Source: Sedimentisphaeraceae bacterium JB056 (GTDB taxonomy: Bacteria > Planctomycetota > Phycisphaerae > Sedimentisphaerales > Sedimentisphaeraceae). Taken from it: a stretch of DNA of 64,000 bases. The notes beneath the pieces are model-generated. The model had not been told where the DNA came from, did not search any database, and was given only the letters and a program-made list of their open reading frames with translations. The position numbers were made by a program, and so were the translations under genes. Shown here one piece after another: positions 55,006 through 64,000 of this stretch; the stretch's first letter is position 1, and every line of letters begins with the position of its first letter. The DNA lies in NCBI GenBank assembly GCA_044440125.1, contig JBITAJ010000012.1, forward strand, positions 192,001-256,000, written 5' to 3'.

Positions 55006-55598
55006 TAGGTTCGTTGATACTCATAGGCGGCGGCAGTTGCTCTGGTAAGACAACACTTGCCTCTTCTCTTAAGGATACACTTGGAAAAGATGCCGTATTG
55101 ATATCAACAGATAATTTTTATAAAGGCGTTGGGCAGAATGGCTGCCGCAATGTTAATTTCGATCATCCTGGTATGATCGATTTTGATTATTTACGCGATT
55201 CAGTCGCAAGCCTCTTATCGGGCAGGGATGTCGAGATTCCACTTTATGATTTTTCGACTCATAGCCGGCTTGATGAAAAATTGAAGATTAAACCGGCTCA
55301 AACTGTAATAATAGAAGGTATATTTGCTCTTTATCAAAGAAAAATTTTAGAAATGTCGCGGCTAAAAGTGTTTGTCGATTGCGGCATTGATATTATGATA
55401 CGAAGAAGAATAGAGAGAGATGTTAAGGAAAGGGGCAGAAGCGTCAGGGATATTGTTGCTCAATTTCTCGATACGGTTCTGCCGATGTATTATGAATATG
55501 TGCTGCCAACAAGGAGGAATGCAGATATTATTCTTGACGGCAGAGGAGATTATAAGGAATTATTAAGGGATATTCTAAATCGATTAGGAGTAGAATGA
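55002..55598 (+). CDS. udk: Uridine kinase
   Basis: GGSCSGKTT, DNFYK, NFDHP, P.YDFSTHSR, IEGI, RRIERDV.ERGR, ADII. Confidence 0.9.
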   Translation: MIGSLILIGGGSCSGKTTLASSLKDTLGKDAVLISTDNFYKGVGQNGCRNVNFDHPGMIDFDYLRDSVASLLSGRDVEIPLYDFSTHSRLDEKLKIKPAQTVIIEGIFALYQRKILEMSRLKVFVDCGIDIMIRRRIERDVKERGRSVRDIVAQFLDTVLPMYYEYVLPTRRNADIILDGRGDYKELLRDILNRLGVE

Positions 55599-58500
55599 AA
55601 ATGAAGAGGTCAGTATTTGTTTTATGTATTATCGCAGCGTGTGTTTGTCAGAGTTTTGGGGTTTCTTATGAAGGAGGGGACGGCTCAGAGGCAAATCCAT
55701 ACCAAATCGCAACAGCAGAGCAGTTTTTACAAATTGAGGGTTCACGTGATAGTTTTATTCTTTTAAATGATATTGACCTATCTGGTCAGAGTTTTGGAAG
55801 TTACGTCCTTGATTCCTCATTTGATGGAATTCTTGATGGAAATGGCTTTGCTGTAACAGGGCTTAACATATCCTCTGGTGAGCAGCTCAGCAATGTTTCA
55901 CTCTTTTATACTTTAGGTAATGAAGCGGTTGTTAAAAATATTGGAATAAAGGATTTTACTATAGCGGCCCCTTTATCTACAAATGTTGCTGCTTTATGCG
56001 TTACTAATAGAGGACAGATTATTAACTGCTATGCTGAAGGTCCAATAAATGCTAAAGGACAGGCGTCAGGCCTGTGTTGTTTTAATTGGTCTTTGATTCG
56101 AAATTCTTATTTTAAGGGTGATATTACGGTAGCGGATACAGGTGTGAGTGGTCTTTGTTTATATAATTATCCTGGTTCAATTATCCTGAATAGTTATTCT
56201 AAAACTACTATACAGGCTGAAGGTTTTGTTGGTGGTTTTTGTGCTGGTAATGCTGGGACAATAATAAATTGTTATAATGTTTCTACTTTTAATGTGTCTA
56301 ATGATGTTTATGGTTTTTGTGCTAATAATTTACAAGGCGATATAGTGTCGTGTTTTTGGGATACTGAAGTAGGGGGTAGCACGACAGAAGGCATAGGAAC
56401 TAGCTACAATCAAGATAGTTTTAATGGTCTTACAGGCTTGAGTACTCCTGAGATGGCCTATAGGTATACATATATTGATACCGGCTGGTCAGTTGTTGAT
56501 ATAGAAAACCACAGTGGTACAGAAGATTGGTACTTTATTGATGGTCATACGCCGGTATTAGCATGGCAGAAAGAAGTTCCCCATTACACCGTTACATTTG
56601 TAACTAACATATCTTCAAGTTATGTTAAGCGTGGTAAGCTTGTTCAGCAAGTTCCTTTTGGCACAAGTGCCACAGCACCTGTATTAGATTATTACAATCA
56701 TGTTGGTTGGGACGTTGATTTTAGTAATGTAACATCTGACCTTACAGTAACTGCCGTTCATGCGGATGATATTAATAAAGGTGATGGTACAGAAGGGAAT
56801 CCATATAAAATTTATACAATAGCGGATTTGGAGGCGGTTAATAATGATTCATATGGTTATTATGAATTGATGAATGATCTTAATATCAGTGGTTTGTTTT
56901 ATGATAAAAGTATAATAGACTCTTTTTCAGGGCATTTTGATGGATCATTTTTTTCTTTGATTGGGTTAGAAATATACAATGTTAAATATGATAATATAGG
57001 TTTAGTCGGTGAATTGACGTTTTCAGCGGTATTAAGAAATATTGTATTATCTAATGCCTCCGTAATATCATGTGGGAGTGATGATAAGATTGCCTCTCTT
57101 GTCGGCGATAGTAAAGGTACTATAGCAAAATGCTGCACAGAGAATTGTTTTGTATTGGGAGATGTTGATGTTGGCGGCTTATGTGGAGCTGTTGTGTCAG
57201 GTGAAATTACTCAAAGTTATTCGACAGGAAAAATATTAGGGCTTTCTATAAGAATAGGTGGTTTATGTGGCTTTTCGGATGAGAGCTACATAAAAGATTG
57301 TTATTCAGAGTGTGATGTTACTGCCGTGAATGTTCCTATAGGAGGATTCTGCGGTTTAATTAGTGGAGGTTATTTAGAGAATTGTTTTAGTACAGGAAAG
57401 GTACTGAAGGGTTACCCTTTTGCTCACATTAATGATGTTGATTATTTGGACAGTTGTTTTTGGTTGACTGATAGTAATCCAGATGCAGAATATGGTATTC
57501 CATCAGATACAATGCTCTATCCAGGTGTAGTTACAGGTTTAAATTTATACCAAATGTCAAGACAATTAAACTTTACTTCTGATAATTGGGATTTTGTCGG
57601 GGAGAGTTATAATGGCAATCTTGGTATATGGTATATGCCTGCGGATGGACATCCTTTATTATCGTGGCAGGATGAGGTCCCGCATCATAAAGTTACGTTT
57701 ATATCAGGTGACTATGGGAAATTAACAGAAGATTCAGGTATAGGGCAATTAACAGAGGTAGTTCAGTTTGTAGCAGAAGGTAAAAGTGCTACCTCTCCAA
57801 TTATTGAATCCAACTATAGTAATTACAGTTGGATTGGATGGGATAAGGATTTCAGCAATGTAACGAGTGATTTAACTGTTAATGCGTTATATGAAGATGT
57901 AGAAAAAGGAGATGGTTCTGAGAGTAATCCTTACAAGATATACACAGTTGCAGATTTTGAGGAAATTAATAGTTCTCCAACAGCCTGTTATCTATTGATG
58001 AATGATATCAATTTAAGTGGTCAGGAGTATCCTGGTTGCGTCATAAATAGTTTTTATGGGATATTTGATGGTAACGGTTCTGAGTTGTATGGGTTAACTG
58101 GCAACGGATTTTTCAGTCAATTAGCACAAGGGGCTGTTGTGAAGAATCTTGGTTTAACCAAGGTGACTATTAATTCAGTATATGATAAATTAGGTGCGAT
58201 TGCGGGTGTTAGTGATGGTGTTATCCAAAACTGCTATGTAAAAGATGCTTTTATAAAGGGGGGGACAGATATTGGAGGACTTTGCGGTGAAAGTCGTGAT
58301 ATAATTAGCTCCAGTTATAGTTTGGGCAGAATAATAGGTAGTAATCGTGTTGGAGGACTTAGCGGATATGTTAGTGATGGTGAAATATTAGATTGCTATT
58401 CTGGTTGTGATGTAGAAGCCGGCCTTAGTTATAGGAGTGGTGGGCTTATTGGAAAATTGAATTCATATGCTATAAACTGCTATTCTACAGGTACAATAAA

Positions 58501-60046
58501 AAAGAGTATTTATGATGATTTAGATAATGCTTTCGTTGGTACACCGCTGGGGTATGTTTTTGACTCTTTCTGGTTGTTAGATAGTAATCCAGATATAGAG
58601 GATAATGCTATCTCATATTTAGGTCTTAGAGGTATAAATGGACTTGAGATGTCAAGTTTGTCGAATTTTATTGATGCCGGTTGGGATTTTGTTGGAGAAT
58701 CTAATAATGGTAGTCTTGATAAATGGTACATGCCTCAGGATGGATTTCCTATTTTAAGTTGGCAGGATGAGGTACCGCATTACAGAGTATCCTTTTTAGT
58801 AGGCGATAATGGAAATATAATTTCAGGTGAGGCTGTTCAGGAAGTCATTGCAGGTACAAGTGCTGTTTCACCTGTAGTGGAATCTTATGGTGCTTATAAA
58901 TGGGTTGGCTGGGATGTTGATTTTCGCTGTGTGATGAGCGACTTGATAATAAATGCGGTATATATTGATTCTGAAGGAACAGGCGATGGTTCGTCTGAGA
59001 ATCCGATACAGATCTTTACCGCAGATGACCTTGATAAAATTAATAATGCGCCTGACCTTTGTTATATTCTTATGGATGATATAAATCTTGCTGGTCGGGT
59101 TTATAATAGATGCGTTATTGAGTTTTTCTCAGGTTTTTTTGATGGGAATGGTCATTCTCTTTACAATATGACTATAGGTGATAGACTCTATGAAGGTGGC
59201 GTTCCCGGGGCAGGACTGTTCTGTTTCATTGAGCCCGATGGGTTAGTTAAAGACCTCAAATTGATTGATTTTACGATAACCATTAATGAAAATTTAGTTT
59301 GTGGAGCACTTGCTTCTCATAATAGCGGAATTGTCTCAGGTTGCAGCGCCGAGGGCTTTATAGAATCTTATTACGGGCTTCCTGTGCAATCAGGTGGGCT
59401 GTGCGGAATTAACGATGGGCTTGTGGAAAAATCATATTCAAAAGGTTCCATATTTGGCGGTAGTGCAGGTGGTTTATGTTGTATTAATCAGGGAGTTATT
59501 AAAAATTGTTTTTCAGAATGCTATATTTCAGAAGTTGAGCAAGGTGGCGGCCTTTGTTATGCAAATTCAGAGACCATGGAAAACTGTTATTCGTCAGGAT
59601 ATGGCGATAAGAATGAATTCGGAGAAATGGAAATAGCCGCCTTTTGCTATGATACACTTGGAATAATCACAAACTGTTTCTGGAATACTCAGACTTATGG
59701 GGTTGAGGATTTGCCGGGTGTTGGGGTATATAATGGTGATTCTTCGGGCGTTGTTGGTATAGGAAACGCTCAGATGGCTTATCCTAATACCTTTTCAAAT
59801 GCCGGTTGGGATTTAGCCGGTCGTTTGGGTGATGGATTTGAGGAAATATGGGTGGTTTCCGGCGGCGAGTTTCCGCAATTATCAGGCCTTGAGCCGGTAA
59901 GTTTTGACAATCAGGACGTTATTGGTATGATAAGCCAATGGCTTGGTGATGGTGATTATGATATATATCCCGATGGCGGGGATGGTGTTGTTGATATAAG
60001 AGATTGGGCATGGGTAGCTAAAGGCTGGGCCAATCAGGATTTATAA
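55595..60046 (+). CDS. Large secreted GLUG-motif beta-helix protein: four repeat units, three InlB-B-repeat-like linkers, dockerin-like tail
   Basis: GDG[ST]..NP..I.T at 55676, 56780, 57908, 58982; GGLCG/NCYS motifs; VTF...GWD.DFS.V.SDL; tail GDGVVDIRDWA.VA.GW. Confidence 0.85.
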   Translation: MKMKRSVFVLCIIAACVCQSFGVSYEGGDGSEANPYQIATAEQFLQIEGSRDSFILLNDIDLSGQSFGSYVLDSSFDGILDGNGFAVTGLNISSGEQLSNVSLFYTLGNEAVVKNIGIKDFTIAAPLSTNVAALCVTNRGQIINCYAEGPINAKGQASGLCCFNWSLIRNSYFKGDITVADTGVSGLCLYNYPGSIILNSYSKTTIQAEGFVGGFCAGNAGTIINCYNVSTFNVSNDVYGFCANNLQGDIVSCFWDTEVGGSTTEGIGTSYNQDSFNGLTGLSTPEMAYRYTYIDTGWSVVDIENHSGTEDWYFIDGHTPVLAWQKEVPHYTVTFVTNISSSYVKRGKLVQQVPFGTSATAPVLDYYNHVGWDVDFSNVTSDLTVTAVHADDINKGDGTEGNPYKIYTIADLEAVNNDSYGYYELMNDLNISGLFYDKSIIDSFSGHFDGSFFSLIGLEIYNVKYDNIGLVGELTFSAVLRNIVLSNASVISCGSDDKIASLVGDSKGTIAKCCTENCFVLGDVDVGGLCGAVVSGEITQSYSTGKILGLSIRIGGLCGFSDESYIKDCYSECDVTAVNVPIGGFCGLISGGYLENCFSTGKVLKGYPFAHINDVDYLDSCFWLTDSNPDAEYGIPSDTMLYPGVVTGLNLYQMSRQLNFTSDNWDFVGESYNGNLGIWYMPADGHPLLSWQDEVPHHKVTFISGDYGKLTEDSGIGQLTEVVQFVAEGKSATSPIIESNYSNYSWIGWDKDFSNVTSDLTVNALYEDVEKGDGSESNPYKIYTVADFEEINSSPTACYLLMNDINLSGQEYPGCVINSFYGIFDGNGSELYGLTGNGFFSQLAQGAVVKNLGLTKVTINSVYDKLGAIAGVSDGVIQNCYVKDAFIKGGTDIGGLCGESRDIISSSYSLGRIIGSNRVGGLSGYVSDGEILDCYSGCDVEAGLSYRSGGLIGKLNSYAINCYSTGTIKKSIYDDLDNAFVGTPLGYVFDSFWLLDSNPDIEDNAISYLGLRGINGLEMSSLSNFIDAGWDFVGESNNGSLDKWYMPQDGFPILSWQDEVPHYRVSFLVGDNGNIISGEAVQEVIAGTSAVSPVVESYGAYKWVGWDVDFRCVMSDLIINAVYIDSEGTGDGSSENPIQIFTADDLDKINNAPDLCYILMDDINLAGRVYNRCVIEFFSGFFDGNGHSLYNMTIGDRLYEGGVPGAGLFCFIEPDGLVKDLKLIDFTITINENLVCGALASHNSGIVSGCSAEGFIESYYGLPVQSGGLCGINDGLVEKSYSKGSIFGGSAGGLCCINQGVIKNCFSECYISEVEQGGGLCYANSETMENCYSSGYGDKNEFGEMEIAAFCYDTLGIITNCFWNTQTYGVEDLPGVGVYNGDSSGVVGIGNAQMAYPNTFSNAGWDLAGRLGDGFEEIWVVSGGEFPQLSGLEPVSFDNQDVIGMISQWLGDGDYDIYPDGGDGVVDIRDWAWVAKGWANQDL

Positions 60047-60058
60047 AAGAGTTGCAGT

Positions 60059-61195
60059 GTGAGCAAAGAAAGTAAATATACAGTTTATGGCAAGAAAATC
60101 GACACTCTGATTGATGGGCATCTTGAACGCATCAATGAGGGGGTGTTGTCTATTGTTGGCGAGGCTGATCTTGAGGCTGTTATTCTTTGCGGTGGTTATG
60201 GTCGTGGCGAAGGCGGGGTGTTTATTGGTGCTGATGGAACCGAAAACCTGTATAACGACTATGATATGATGGTTTTGATAAAGCCAGTAAGCGGTGAGAA
60301 AAAGGCTCAATACAAACGTGAGCTTACTGAATTTGGTGAGCATATGGGTGAAGATATAGGCATTGATGTTGATTTCGGGCCGCTGAAAACCGTCAGCCAG
60401 ATCAAAAACAGTGAATTTACTCTTTTCAATTATGAGTTCAAATATGGGCATATGGTAACATACGGCCCGCAGGACATACTCGACAATATACCAGAATTTG
60501 ACGGCAACCAGATACCAATCATAGAAGCAACCAAGCTGCTTCTTAACAGGGCGGTTGGCCTTTTGCTTTCGAAGGAGAAGCTAAAAGCAGGCAAGCTTTC
60601 CGAGACTGATAATGAATTTGTGACGAGGAATATCTACAAGGCGATTATGGCTTCGGGAGATGCCGTACTTATGTGCGAAGGTACGTATGACTACTCCTAC
60701 AGCAAGCGTCTTGAACTTATGAAAGCGATTAAGGGCTCATCCTTAGTCAGGCAGCTTGATATATATGAGCTTTACTGCGATTCCATGAAGTATAAGTTTG
60801 TGCCGGAGAAGAATATCTACGATGAAAAACAGTTGTCAGAGCTTCTTGAAAAGGCTTCTGACCAACTTATGGAGATGTTTTATAAGACAGCAGCCAAAGC
60901 GCATAATGCTGACAGCAATAATACTTACAGAATATTCTCCAGAGGGATGTTTAATGAGTGCTGCTTGAAATCGCTGGTTAAAAATGTGCTTCTTAATTTT
61001 AAAACGTTTAAGTCCAAGGCGTTCAATATTAACTGGCTAATGAAATATCCAAGATACCGCCTTTTTTACAGTCTGCCGTTTTTGATGGGGTGCGAAAGTA
61101 AGCCGTCAAAAGCAGAAGTACTTAATGCGTTAGGTATTAGCAGCGATTATGATATTCATAAGAGATTTATCACTTTGTGGGAAAGATTTGGCTGA
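60059..61195 (+). CDS. Pol-beta-superfamily nucleotidyltransferase-like protein
   Basis: LCGGYGRGEG..NDYDM, third acidic residue in DVD, helical C-terminal domain. Confidence 0.7.
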   Translation: MSKESKYTVYGKKIDTLIDGHLERINEGVLSIVGEADLEAVILCGGYGRGEGGVFIGADGTENLYNDYDMMVLIKPVSGEKKAQYKRELTEFGEHMGEDIGIDVDFGPLKTVSQIKNSEFTLFNYEFKYGHMVTYGPQDILDNIPEFDGNQIPIIEATKLLLNRAVGLLLSKEKLKAGKLSETDNEFVTRNIYKAIMASGDAVLMCEGTYDYSYSKRLELMKAIKGSSLVRQLDIYELYCDSMKYKFVPEKNIYDEKQLSELLEKASDQLMEMFYKTAAKAHNADSNNTYRIFSRGMFNECCLKSLVKNVLLNFKTFKSKAFNINWLMKYPRYRLFYSLPFLMGCESKPSKAEVLNALGISSDYDIHKRFITLWERFG

Positions 61196-62340
61196 TGGGT
61201 AAGAAACTGACATTATTCGTATTTATCGATGCCTTTGGCTGGGAAGTCTATCAGAATTACGGTTTTCTGGGTGATTTACTTCCGAATGCGAGGAGGCTTG
61301 AAACAACATTCGGTTTTTCCTCTGCGGCAGACCCTTCGATTCTTACAGGCAGATATCCCGATGAACATACTCATTGGTCGTGTTTTTACTATTCGCCGGA
61401 GACCTCGCCGTTTAAGTGTATGAAGCTTGTATCCTTTTTGCCACGCAAGATATTCGATCGCTGGAGAATCAGGCATTGGATGAGTAAGATACTGGGCAAG
61501 ATCTACGGCTGGACGGGTTATTTCGAGCTTTACAGTGTACCGTTTGCCGCATTGCCGTATTTTGATTATTCAGAGAAAAAGGACTATTTCGTTCCCGGCG
61601 GGATAATGCGTACAGATACAATTTTTGATTATTGTGTCGAAAAAGGTATAAAATATCATTGCTCTAACTGGCGAAAAGGCGAAAATGAGGTGATTGCCGA
61701 TCTCAAAGGTCATATTGAGCAGGGCGAGATTGAGTTTTCGTATCTGTATTTGCCGAAGCTTGATGCGGTTATGCATCAGTATGGTACAGTGGCTCCTCAA
61801 GTTGAAGATAAAATACACTGGCTTGAAGAGCAGATAAAGGATGTTTATGAATTTGCCGGTGAACATTATGATGAGGTTGCCTTATACGCAATATCCGATC
61901 ATGGTATGGCAAATGTTACGGGCAGTGTTGATCTTATCTCAAAGATCGAAGCGACTGGTTTGAAATTCGGTGATGATTATGTTGCTATGTACGATTCAAC
62001 GATGGCCAGATTCTGGTTCATGAATGAAGGAAGTGCCGAGAAAATAAACTCAGTTCTCAAAGAGGTGGAAGAAGGTTATATAGTATCAGATGAAGAAATG
62101 AAAGATATGCATGTATTCTTCCCTGATTACCGATTTGGAGAGACTATATTTTTGATCAATGCCGGAACTTTGATCGTCCCGAGTTTTATGGGGCTTACTT
62201 CGATTCCGGGTATGCACGGCTATCATCCTCACGACAAGGATTCTTATAGCTTCATACTTGGAAACCGGCCTATTGGTGAGAATATAAACTCTATAACTGA
62301 CATTAGAAAGGTAATGGAACAGGAACTGAACGATGTATGA
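61195..62340 (+). CDS. Alkaline-phosphatase-superfamily type I phosphodiesterase / nucleotide pyrophosphatase
   Basis: FIDAFG, FSSAADPSILTG.YP.EH, LDAVMHQYG, SDHGM, GMHGY; TGATG overlap with the upstream gene; no signal peptide. Confidence 0.85.
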   Translation: MGKKLTLFVFIDAFGWEVYQNYGFLGDLLPNARRLETTFGFSSAADPSILTGRYPDEHTHWSCFYYSPETSPFKCMKLVSFLPRKIFDRWRIRHWMSKILGKIYGWTGYFELYSVPFAALPYFDYSEKKDYFVPGGIMRTDTIFDYCVEKGIKYHCSNWRKGENEVIADLKGHIEQGEIEFSYLYLPKLDAVMHQYGTVAPQVEDKIHWLEEQIKDVYEFAGEHYDEVALYAISDHGMANVTGSVDLISKIEATGLKFGDDYVAMYDSTMARFWFMNEGSAEKINSVLKEVEEGYIVSDEEMKDMHVFFPDYRFGETIFLINAGTLIVPSFMGLTSIPGMHGYHPHDKDSYSFILGNRPIGENINSITDIRKVMEQELNDV

Positions 62341-64000
62341 AAGCCAGGAAAATATTGCAGCGGCCAATGCACCGTCGGTTAAAAAGGAAGCGCCGGGAGT
62401 AAGTCTGCTTATACGCTTGAATATCAAGTATATAATCAAGCTTCTTGTGCTCTGGATGATACCGATAACTCTTATATCCCTGCTCACCGGTCTGTCTTCT
62501 TATTTGCTCATATCAAAGTATAAGTCAAAGGTCTATATGGCAAGGACGCTGCTTCTTCGTTATGAGAAGGGAGTCTCGAGAACAAGCGATGTGCCGTATC
62601 TGTATCCGGAGATCAATCTTAATACTCTTCTTGAAACAGTTAAGCTTCCTCAGAACCTTGAGGCTGTTATAGACAAGCTTGGTCTTGATCTCAGCGAGAG
62701 TGAACTCTTTGATATTATATATGTTCAGCCGGGCAACAGGTCTAATACGATACATATATTCGTATACTACAGTGACCCTGTTTTGGCTGCAACTATTGCA
62801 AATACTATCAGTGAGGTTTATATTGATGCGTATTCTCGCATTTTCAACTCAGCGGCGGGAAAAATGTATGAGTATTACTTATCCCAACGCAATGTTGTGA
62901 TGAAAGAGGTTAGTGAGGCAGAGGAAAGCTTGCTTGCCTATCGGGAAGCCAAGGGGCTCTATATGGCCGATGAAGAGCTAAAACTCAAACTGAAACAGCT
63001 TAGTGAAACCGATCTGAAGCATGAAGAAGCAGGCTTGAAGAAAAAGGAGCTTGCTTCCAAGGTAAATGACCTCAAGGAACGAATAGGGAAGCTTCCTGAT
63101 ACTGTGAAAATAAGTGAGACCATGACGAGCCAGAGAGAAAAGGAATTGCAATTTCTCCAGCGTGAACTCGAACTTATGCTTCAGAAATATACAGAGTCTC
63201 ACCCAGAGGTTTTAGAGCTTAAGATGAAGATAGAACAGCTCGAAAGTGAGCTTCGTGATGGGTCTGAAAGCAATAAAACGCTTCCTGACAGTGAGACATT
63301 TGCTCAAAATTCCCTAAAACAATCGCTGATACTTGAGCTTAACCGAATGGAAAATGAGCTTAATGCTCTTGACGAACAAATGGAAGCTTACCAGGAGATG
63401 ATGGGCAATATACAAAATGAGCTCCATGATCTCAGCAGTGTTCAGGAGACGTATTTTAATCTTAAGCAGAAAGTTGATTCAGCTCGTGAGCTTCTTGACA
63501 CCGTTGACAAGAGAATTTCTGATGCCAGAATCGCAAGAGATGCTAATACCCATGATATTGCAATACTTGAGCGTGCCGTTCCTCCTGTTTCTCCGGAAGC
63601 AACGGGCCGCAAGCTCATGGCAATAATTTCAACCTTTGGTATGGCTTTCATTGGTCTTGTCTTCATAATGGCTTATGCGATATTCAGCCCTGGTGTCAAG
63701 GTTCCAAGTGATATAGATTCGATGCCAGCGGTTGAGTTTATAGGTGTCTTGCCGAGAAAGAAGAATTCTACCCTTGCTACTTATTTTTCAACGCTTCAAG
63801 TCGTTGTAAATAGAATTGATGATCATTTCAATGATGATAAGCCTACTTTGATAACTTTCTCTTCACTTAAACGAAAAGAAGGAAAGAGTACTATCATTGA
63901 TGATATTACCGATATGAAGTCGACTACCGGTAAGAAGATACTGATACTCAAACGCGTGAGGGAGAGTGAGTACAACAGAAATATTCAGATACCAGAAAGT
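62333..64000 (+). CDS. Wzc/GumC-like polysaccharide co-polymerase (3' truncated by the window; absent from the ORF track)
   Basis: Own translation from ATG 62333, open to the window end: TM1, SDP.LAA.IAN, coiled coil, YTESHPEV, ILERA.PP.SP, TM2, IGVLP, SS..RKEGKST. Confidence 0.88.
   Translation, partial: MYESQENIAAANAPSVKKEAPGVSLLIRLNIKYIIKLLVLWMIPITLISLLTGLSSYLLISKYKSKVYMARTLLLRYEKGVSRTSDVPYLYPEINLNTLLETVKLPQNLEAVIDKLGLDLSESELFDIIYVQPGNRSNTIHIFVYYSDPVLAATIANTISEVYIDAYSRIFNSAAGKMYEYYLSQRNVVMKEVSEAEESLLAYREAKGLYMADEELKLKLKQLSETDLKHEEAGLKKKELASKVNDLKERIGKLPDTVKISETMTSQREKELQFLQRELELMLQKYTESHPEVLELKMKIEQLESELRDGSESNKTLPDSETFAQNSLKQSLILELNRMENELNALDEQMEAYQEMMGNIQNELHDLSSVQETYFNLKQKVDSARELLDTVDKRISDARIARDANTHDIAILERAVPPVSPEATGRKLMAIISTFGMAFIGLVFIMAYAIFSPGVKVPSDIDSMPAVEFIGVLPRKKNSTLATYFSTLQVVVNRIDDHFNDDKPTLITFSSLKRKEGKSTIIDDITDMKSTTGKKILILKRVRESEYNRNIQIPES

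Noticed and set aside
60059..61195. CBASS CD-NTase or MNT-HEPN toxin-antitoxin interpretation of the nucleotidyltransferase
   Set aside because: No effector, Cap or separate HEPN gene nearby, and the context is purely polysaccharide biosynthesis; not formally excluded without a structure search.
313..63666. Numerous short antisense or alternate-frame ORFs in the track (e.g. 4335..4907, 13324..13863, 32968..33507, 50180..50722)
   Set aside because: They lie inside well-supported genes and show no RBS or recognisable motifs; they are shadow ORFs.
1..64000. CRISPR arrays, tRNA/rRNA genes, intact transposases or integrases
   Set aside because: No regularly spaced repeat-spacer pattern, cloverleaf motifs, rRNA-like stretch or transposase/integrase ORF was seen by eye.

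Overview
A 64-kb bacterial chromosomal window, most likely a saline-adapted planctomycete of class Phycisphaerae (Sedimentisphaerales-like). This is inferred from a DUF1559-type pilin, LamG and dockerin-like tails, PEP-CTERM proteins, GLUG proteins and an osmoprotectant cluster. In order, it contains: (1) 1-11.5 kb, a putative glycan-utilisation operon (GntR/LacI-type regulator, pilin-like protein, triple-LamG protein, GH43, and two uncharacterised 'SENH' lyase-like enzymes); (2) the housekeeping operon lepA-psd-pssA-rsmG; (3) 16-28.6 kb, an accessory patchwork of PEP-CTERM proteins, UROD/MtaA-like proteins, NfeD-SPFH, a DUF3089 hydrolase, eroded Rhs cassettes, REP/MITE-like scars and an AraC fragment; (4) TrkA-C, DUF2179, porin and ProU-type glycine-betaine ABC transporter genes; (5) a czcCBA-like RND efflux operon; (6) a catalytically degenerate third SENH paralog; (7) 43.9-64 kb, a large exopolysaccharide locus. 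That locus holds a REC-PP2C-kinase partner-switch regulator plus STAS protein, one intact and two degenerate phosphoglycosyl-transferase domains, udk, a 1483-aa GLUG-repeat surface protein, a coupled nucleotidyltransferase/phosphodiesterase pair, and a Wzc-like gene running off the window. No rRNA, tRNA, CRISPR array or intact transposase was seen. All family calls come from motif recognition by eye, not database searches.
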